Source of the DNA: an uncultured Gemmatimonadaceae bacterium
GTDB taxonomy: Bacteria; Gemmatimonadota; Gemmatimonadetes; Gemmatimonadales; Gemmatimonadaceae
Assembly: GCA_963761305.1 (NCBI GenBank)
Contig: CAVXGK010000001.1
Coordinates: 1,504,001-1,568,000, forward strand
DNA length: 64,000 nucleotides
Direction: 5' to 3'
A program made the position numbers and the translations under genes. Position 1 is the first letter of the stretch, and each line of letters starts with the position of its first letter. The notes below the pieces were generated by a model. The model was given only the letters and a program-made list of their open reading frames with translations. It was not told the origin of the DNA and ran no database searches. This document shows positions 60,624-64,000 of this stretch, piece by piece.

Positions 60624-61790
60624 ATGACATCAGACGCGTACACCCCGCAGCCCGAGCATCATTTCACCTTCGGCTTGTGGACCGTCGGCAACGTCGGCCG
60701 CGATCCGTTCGGCGATCCCGTGCGGCCGCCCGTGCCGCCGACGCGCATCGTGCGTGAGCTCGCCAAACTCGGCGCCTACGGCGTGAACCTGCACGACAAC
60801 GACCTCGTGCCGCGCGACGCGAGCGCCGCCGATCGCGATCGCATCGTCCGCGAGTTCAGGGCGGCGCTCGACGAGACGGGCATGAAGGTCCCGATGGCGA
60901 CGACGAACCTGTTCGGCGATCCGGTCTTTCGCGACGGCGCGTTCACCAGCAGCGACGCCCGTGTGCGCGACTACGCGCTCCAGAAGACGATGCACGCGAT
61001 CGACCTCGGCGTGGAGCTCGGCGCCGAGACGTACGTGTTCTGGGGCGGACGCGAAGGCGTCGAGACGAACGCGGCGAAAGATCCGCAGGAAGCCGTGAAG
61101 TGGTTCCGCGAAGCCATCGACTACCTCTGCGAATACGTCCGATCACAGAAATACGCGCTGCGGTTCGCGCTCGAGCCGAAACCCAACGAACCGCGCGGCG
61201 ACATCTTCTTCCCGACGATCGGACACATGCTGGCGTTCATCTACACGCTCGCGCATCCGGACATGGTCGGGCTCAACCCGGAGATCGCGCACGACACGAT
61301 GGCCGGCCTCGATTTCTCGCACGGCGTGGCGCAGGCGCTAGAGGCGGGCAAGCTCTTTCACATCGACCTCAACGCGCAGAAGCCCGGCCGGTTCGACCAG
61401 GACTTGCGGTTCGGCAGCGAGGACGTGAAGGGCGCGTTCTTTCTGGTGAAGCTGCTCGAGGACGCGAAGTGGCCCGGCATGCGGCACTTCGACAGCCACG
61501 CCTATCGCACCGAAGACGACGCCGGCGTGTGGGACTTTGCGCGCGGCAGCATGCGCACCTATCTCATCCTCAAAGAAAAGGTGGCGCGCTTCAACGCCGA
61601 CGCCGAGGTTCAGGGAATGCTCAACGCGCTCGAGTCGCGCGGCGGTGCGGGGACGCGGCCGCGTTTCTCGCCGGAGGGCGCGCGCGAGCTCAAGACGCGC
61701 GCCTTCGACCTCGACGCGATGCGCAGCCCCGGCTACGCGTACGAACGGCTCGATCAGCTGACGATGGAGATTCTGCTCGGAGTGCGTTGA
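60624..61790 (+). CDS. xylA: Xylose isomerase (short class I type)
   Basis: [36 protein letters not shown] and FDQDLRFG. Confidence 0.96.
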   Translation: MTSDAYTPQPEHHFTFGLWTVGNVGRDPFGDPVRPPVPPTRIVRELAKLGAYGVNLHDNDLVPRDASAADRDRIVREFRAALDETGMKVPMATTNLFGDPVFRDGAFTSSDARVRDYALQKTMHAIDLGVELGAETYVFWGGREGVETNAAKDPQEAVKWFREAIDYLCEYVRSQKYALRFALEPKPNEPRGDIFFPTIGHMLAFIYTLAHPDMVGLNPEIAHDTMAGLDFSHGVAQALEAGKLFHIDLNAQKPGRFDQDLRFGSEDVKGAFFLVKLLEDAKWPGMRHFDSHAYRTEDDAGVWDFARGSMRTYLILKEKVARFNADAEVQGMLNALESRGGAGTRPRFSPEGARELKTRAFDLDAMRSPGYAYERLDQLTMEILLGVR

Positions 61791-61791
61791 C

Positions 61792-63297
61792 GTGACGCGC
61801 TCCACCTTCCTCGGCGTCGACGTCGGCACGAGCGGCGTCAAGGCGATTCTCGTCGACGCTTCGGGCGACGTGCTGGCGTCGGCCGTCACGCCGCTCCAAC
61901 TCTCGACGCCGCAGCCAGGATGGGCCGAGCAGGATCCGGACGCATGGTGGGCGGCGACCGCGGCGGCGATTCGAACCGTGCTTGGCGCGCGGCCGGGTGA
62001 GTACCCCGACGCGGTCGGCGTGTCCGGCCAGATGCACTCGTCGGTCTTTCTCGATGCGCGCGGCGACGTCATTCGGCCCGCGCTCCTGTGGTGCGACGGC
62101 CGCACGACCGCCGAGTGTCGCGAGATCACCGAGCGCGTGGGCGGCGAGCGTCGCTTGCGCGAGCTGGCATCCAATCCCGCGCTCGAGGGCTTCACGCTGC
62201 CGAAGGTCCTCTGGCTGCGACGGCACGAGCCGAACGCGTTCGCGCGCCTCGCGACGGTGATGCTGCCCAAGGATTTCATTCGCTACAAGCTCACCGGCGT
62301 CATCGCCACGGAACCGTCGGACGCGTCGGCGACGTTGATGTACGACACGGCGCGCCTGCGCTGGAGCACCGAGATCCTCGACGCCGTCGGTCTTTCGCAC
62401 AGCATCGTGCCGAACGTGGGTGGATCGTCCGAGGTGCTCGGACGCGTCTCGGTAGAGGGTGCCGGCGCAACGGGCCTTCGGTCCGGCACTCCGGTGGTCG
62501 GCGGCGGCGCCGACAACGCCTGCGGCGCGGCCGGCGTCGGTGCGATTGCGCCGGGTGAAGCGGTGTCGAGTTGGGGGACGTCGGGCACCGTGCTCGCGCC
62601 GATGTCGGAACCGCGCGTCGATCCGACGCTCCGCGCGCACACGTTCTGCCACGTCGCGCCGGGCGTGTGGTATATCATGGGCGTCGTCCTCTCGGCCGGC
62701 GGCGCATTCGCCTGGTATCGTGACCAGCTCGCGCGCGACCTCGCCAGCACCGGCGAAGCGAACGAGCGGCTCAACGCCGAGGCGATGGCGATTCCGCCGG
62801 GCGCCGAGGGCGTGACGTTCCTGCCGTATCTGCAGGGCGAACGCACGCCGCATCGCGACGCGTCGGCGCGCGGCGCCCTCCTCGGCTTGAGCCTCGCGCA
62901 TTCGCGCGCGCACGTCACGCGTGCGGTGATCGAAGGCGTGTGTTTCGCGCTCCGCGACTCGGTGACGATCCTCCAGGAGCTCGGCGTCACGACCGACCAG
63001 ATGTTGTTGACCGGCGGCGGTGCGCGTGTGCCGTTCCTGCGGAAGATGCAGGCCGACGTGTTCGGGCTGCCGGTGTGCACGGTGAATCGCGAGGAAGGGC
63101 CGGCGTACGGCGCGGCGCTGTTGGCGGCCGTCGGGGCCGGCGCGTTTCCCGATGTGGCCTCCGCCGCCGCCGCGACGCTGCGACGGGCGCCGGTCGAACA
63201 GCCGGCGCCTGGCGCGCACGCGGCGTACGACGAGCCGTATCGCCGTTTCCGCGAGTCCTTCCACGCGGCGCATACGGGCGCAGATTCAAGGCGCTGA
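61792..63297 (+). CDS. xylB: Xylulokinase
   Basis: GVDVGTSGVK, SGQMHS, WCDGRT, GGADNA and PYLQGERTP. Confidence 0.95.
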   Translation: MTRSTFLGVDVGTSGVKAILVDASGDVLASAVTPLQLSTPQPGWAEQDPDAWWAATAAAIRTVLGARPGEYPDAVGVSGQMHSSVFLDARGDVIRPALLWCDGRTTAECREITERVGGERRLRELASNPALEGFTLPKVLWLRRHEPNAFARLATVMLPKDFIRYKLTGVIATEPSDASATLMYDTARLRWSTEILDAVGLSHSIVPNVGGSSEVLGRVSVEGAGATGLRSGTPVVGGGADNACGAAGVGAIAPGEAVSSWGTSGTVLAPMSEPRVDPTLRAHTFCHVAPGVWYIMGVVLSAGGAFAWYRDQLARDLASTGEANERLNAEAMAIPPGAEGVTFLPYLQGERTPHRDASARGALLGLSLAHSRAHVTRAVIEGVCFALRDSVTILQELGVTTDQMLLTGGGARVPFLRKMQADVFGLPVCTVNREEGPAYGAALLAAVGAGAFPDVASAAAATLRRAPVEQPAPGAHAAYDEPYRRFRESFHAAHTGADSRR

Positions 63298-63316
63298 TTC
63301 GCTCTCGCCAGATCAC

Positions 63317-64000
63317 ATGCGACGTGTCCTTCGACATCTGCTCGGCCTCCAGGAGGCCGGCCTCGTTCTCGTCCTCGTCGCGCTCGCGATCGCATTGACC
63401 GCGCTCGCCGGGTCGCACGTCGATCCGTTGTCCGGGCAGACGGTCAACAACTTCTGGAACTCGTACACGCTGATTCAAACCGCGACCGACGCGACGTTCT
63501 TCGCCATCATGGCGATCGGCGCGACGGTCGTCATCATCTCGGGCGGCATCGATCTCTCGGTCGGTTCGGTCTACGCGCTGTCGGGCGTGTCGATGGCGCT
63601 GCTCCTGCGCGCGCTCGGCCCGATGAGCCCCGGCACGACGACGATCGTCGGCCTCGTGGCGTGCGTCGGTGTCGGGTTGTTGAGCGGGCTGCTGAACGGC
63701 ATGCTCGTCGTCGGGCTGCGCGTGCATCCGTTCATCGTCACGCTCGGCACGATGTGGATCCTGCGCGGCATCGCGTTCGTCGCCACGCGCGCGCTCAGCA
63801 TTCTGGTGCCGCCGGCGCTCACGCACGTCGCCAAAGCGTCGCTCGGATTGCGCGGCGGCCTGTATCCGGTGCCGATGCTGGCGATGCTCGTGTGCGCCGT
63901 GATCGGCACGATCTACCTCACGCGCACCGTGATGGGCCGGCACATCTTCGCGTTCGGCGGCAACATCGAGGCGAGCCGGTTCGCCGGACTCTCGCTGCGC
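63317..64000 (+). CDS. Sugar ABC transporter permease (RbsC/XylH-like), 3'-truncated by the window
   Basis: Hand translation: MRRVLRHLLGLQEAGL...IISGGIDLSVGS...HPFIVTLGT...GRHIFAFGGN. No stop before the window end. Confidence 0.9.
   Translation, partial: MRRVLRHLLGLQEAGLVLVLVALAIALTALAGSHVDPLSGQTVNNFWNSYTLIQTATDATFFAIMAIGATVVIISGGIDLSVGSVYALSGVSMALLLRALGPMSPGTTTIVGLVACVGVGLLSGLLNGMLVVGLRVHPFIVTLGTMWILRGIAFVATRALSILVPPALTHVAKASLGLRGGLYPVPMLAMLVCAVIGTIYLTRTVMGRHIFAFGGNIEASRFAGLSLR

Overview
High-GC bacterial chromosomal window. Gene content and protein style suggest Gemmatimonadota (inference). It is mostly housekeeping and metabolic: tamA/tamB (tamB is frameshifted), M20 dipeptidase, FAD oxidoreductase, MarR, GT39 plus a PHP protein, YyaL, several two-component systems including an ANTAR regulator, gnd-zwf, an RNase II/R family gene, two stand-alone Clp N-domain genes, nadB/nadA/nadC, a BMP-type nucleoside ABC transporter, ndh, a sodium:solute symporter, PIG-L, sucA, and a glucuronoxylan/xylose locus (GH67, xylA, xylB, ABC permease). 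I found no rRNA, tRNA, CRISPR array, transposase or integrase. The most striking signal is a recurring cassette at convergent gene junctions. Two divergent four-helix-bundle (TIGR02436/Avd-like) genes are each enclosed by their own tandem repeat in inverted orientation (an 8-bp unit and a ~32-bp unit). Both carry a leader hairpin with the same 9-mer, ATGGTGGTG, starting 40-41 nt upstream of the ATG. A third junction holds an ORF-less nested inverted-repeat element. Other notable items are a Tat-type FMN alpha-hydroxy-acid oxidase with an inserted CxxCH motif and a Cys-rich microprotein followed by two Clp-N-only genes. All calls were made by eye from the sequence and ORF track; no searches were run.
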